64,000 nucleotides of DNA from Chiloscyllium plagiosum (lineage: Eukaryota): the NCBI RefSeq assembly GCF_004010195.1, contig NC_057749.1, forward strand, positions 22,825,886 to 22,889,885, in the 5' to 3' direction. Positions 61,622 to 64,000 of the stretch are shown piece by piece; the first letter of the stretch is position 1; every line of letters starts with the position of its first letter. The translations under genes were made by a program, and so were the position numbers. The notes under the pieces are model-generated. The model worked only from the letters and a program-made list of their open reading frames with translations. It made no database searches and had not been told where the DNA came from.

Positions 61622-61825
61622 GTAACCTCAACAAGTAGTAGGAATTGAATCTACTCTATAAGCATCATAAATCAGCCTTCCAGCCAACTGAGCTAACTGA
61701 CCTGTAATACTGCTCAAATTTCTTGACGAGAAACTCACCTAGTCCTTCACAGATAATGTCCAGATCTCGGGAATACAAGTTTATGTGTGGATGAGTTGAA
61801 TCAAAAGGTCTGTTTCTGTGTTGTA

Positions 61826-62120
61826 CATAGAATCTCTACAGTGTAGAAACAGGCCATTTGGCCCAACAATTCCTCACCGACTCTCCGAACAATGATCCAC
61901 CAACACCCATTCCCAACCCTATCATCCTATATTTACCCCTGACTAATGCACCTAACATAAACATCCCTGAACACCATAGACAATTTAGCATGGCCGATTC
62001 ACCTAACCTACACATCTTTGGACTGTTGGAGGAAACTGGAGCACCCAGAGGAGGCCAACACAGATGCAAGGAAAATGTGCAAATTCCACACAGTTGCCCG
62101 AGGCTGCGATCGAGCCCAGG
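61826..62120 (-). mobile_element. HE1-like SINE
   Basis: V-domain and tail. Confidence 0.85.
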
Positions 62121-62401
62121 TTCAAGGTTTGTGAGAAGATTTGTAGCTCGGGTGCTCATTGTTGTGGTTCTGTTCGCCGAGCTGGGAATTTGTGTTGCAG
62201 ATGTTTCGTCCCCTGTCTAGGTGACATCCTCAGTGCTTGGGAGCCTCCTGTGAAGCACTTTTGTGATCTTTCCTCCGGCATTTGTAGTGGTTTGAATCTG
62301 CCGCTTCCGGTTGTCAGTTCCAGCTGTCCAGCTGCAGTGGCTGGTATATTGGGTCCAGGTCGATGTGCTTATTGATTGAATCTGTGGATGAGTGCCATGC
62401 C
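62121..62401 (-). mobile_element. PLE (Poseidon-like) ORF C-terminus + family D tail
   Basis: Minus translation AWHSSTDSINKHIDLDPIYQPL followed by a hammerhead. Confidence 0.75.
62197..62236 (-). ncRNA. Minimal hammerhead ribozyme (family D)
   Basis: Reverse complement GCA-CUGAGGA-U-GUCACCU(AGAC)AGGGGAC-GAAA-CA-UC-UGC. Confidence 0.8.
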
Positions 62402-62404
62402 TCA

Positions 62405-62925
62405 TGGTTCCCAGAGGATCCTAGGATAAATCCCATCGGGCCCAGAGGACGTATCTATTTTCACACTCTGCAGGATTCTCCCTAATCCTTCCTGCCAAGC
62501 CTTTTTCGTGCCCCCTCCTGGCTCTCCTCAGTCCATTTCTGAGCTCCTTCCTAGCAAGCCTGTAATCCTTTAAAGCTGTGCTCGATCCTTGCTTCCTCCA
62601 CCTTACATAAACTGCCTTTTTCTTTTTGACGAGAAGCTCCTCTGTTCTCGACATCCAAAGTTCCTTAATCTTACCCCTTCTTACCTGTCACAGAGGAACA
62701 AATTCTTGCATCACTCGCAACAACTGCTCCTTAAATAGTCTCCACATGTCTAGTGTGCCCTTTCTGTGGAACAATTGCTCCCAGTCTGTACTTCCCAACT
62801 CCTGTCTGATAGCGTCATAATTTCCTTTCCCCAATTAAACATCTTCCCTCGGTAACTGCTTTCACTCTCCAAGGCTTTGGTAAATGTGAGGCAGTTGTGG
62901 TCTCTGTCCCCAAAGTGTTCTCCCA
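62405..62925 (-). mobile_element. CR1 ORF2 internal fragment (endonuclease end and linker)
   Basis: GEHFGDRDHN, RKELRNGLRRARRGHEKGLAGRIRENP, GPDGIYPRIL. Confidence 0.85.
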
Positions 62926-64000
62926 CCACGAGATAATGAGGGAGAAGGTAGGATCACTCAAGGATAAAGGAGGGAAATTGTGCTTGGCAGCAGAGGATGT
63001 GAGTGAGACCCTAAATGAGTATTTCGTGTTGGTATTCACCCAGCAGGAGGATATGGAGGAGAGTGAGATTAGTGTGGGGCATGCTAATATGCTGGAGTAT
63101 TTTGAGATGAGGAAAGAAATAGCACTTAAAGAGCATTAAGGTGGATAAGTCCCCAGGGCCCGATGGTATCTACCCCAGGTTATTGAGAGGCAAGAGAAGA
63201 GATTGCTGGGACCTTGACCAAGATCTTTGTATCCTCACTAGCCAATGGAGAGGTCCCGGAGGACTGGGGATTAGCTAATGTTGTTCCTCTGTTCGAGAAG
63301 GGAAATCAGGATACTCCAGGAAACTATAGACTGGCGAGTCTCACATCGGTGGTTGGGAAGCTATTGGAGAGACTTCTTAGGGATAGGATTTACACACATT
63401 TGAAAAAGCATGACCTAATTAGGGACAGTCAGCATGGCTTTGTGGAAGGCAGGTCCTGTCTTACTAACTTGATTGAATTTTTCATGGAGGTGACAAAGGT
63501 GATTAATGAGTATAGAGCGGTGGATGTTATCCACGTGGAATTCCAACAATGTCCCAGATTAAGATGCAAGGGATCCACTGTGACTTGGCAGTGTATATTT
63601 AGAATTGGCTTGTCCATAGAAGGCAGGGGATAGCGGTGGAAGGGTGTTTGTCAGGCTGAGGGTCTGTGAGTAATGGCGTTCCAAAGGGATCTGTACTGGG
63701 ATCTCTGCTGTTCATGATCTAGATGTAAATGACTTGGATGAAAGTGTAGATGGGTGGGTTAGTAAGTTTGCAGATGTACAAAGATCAGTGGAGTTGTGGG
63801 CAGTGCACAGGGCTGTCAAAGGATACAGTGGGATAGAGATCAGTTACAGATGTGGGCAGAGAAATGGCAGATGGAGTTTAATCTGGGTAAGTATGAGATG
63901 CTGCATTTTGGGAGATCAAATGTTAAGGAAAAGTAAACAGTTAATAGCAGGACCCTGTACAGCATTAATGTACAGAGGGATTCTGGGGTTCAAGTCCACA
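62926..64000 (+). mobile_element. CR1 ORF2 RT region, frameshifted, runs off the window
   Basis: PEDWGLANVVPLFEKG..PGNYRLASLTSVVGKLLE...SQHGFVEGRSCLTNLIEFF, GVPKGSVLG, KFAD. Confidence 0.92.

Noticed and set aside
63214..63633. Functional reverse transcriptase CDS
   Set aside because: Flanked by stops and frameshifts; a dead CR1 copy
62405..64000. Twin-priming 5' inversion of a single CR1
   Set aside because: Both pieces contain the GPDGIYPR segment with different sequences, so two separate copies is the simpler explanation

Overview
This is repeat-dense vertebrate genomic DNA, almost certainly from a cartilaginous fish (shark/ray), judged from abundant HE1-type V-SINEs sharing 3' tails with HER1/CR1 LINEs and a SacSINE1-like DeuSINE. 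No intact host protein-coding gene can be supported; the six-frame ORFs are mostly decayed transposon pieces or noise. The window is a nested mosaic of CR1, L2, RTE and Rex1/Babar LINE fragments, Gypsy LTRs and pol, a retroviral env-tail plus LTR, a Harbinger transposase relic, a Tigger-like MITE and minisatellites. The most striking signal is a population of minimal hammerhead ribozymes (CUGANGA-N-stemII-GAAA-palindrome-UH) in at least four sequence families (A-D). Families A, C and D are traceable in the window to the 3' ends of Penelope-like (GIY-YIG) retroelements. Many occur as tiny 90-230 bp insertions flanked by 12-15 bp target-site duplications, often as head-to-head hairpins with ribozyme motifs on both strands at the apex. 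Other oddities are a three-copy hairpin-linker-SINE chimera, locally templated insertions, minisatellite-carrying Rex1-tailed elements and a MEIS/HOX motif cluster. Repeat boundaries are approximate unless a TSD or terminus is quoted.
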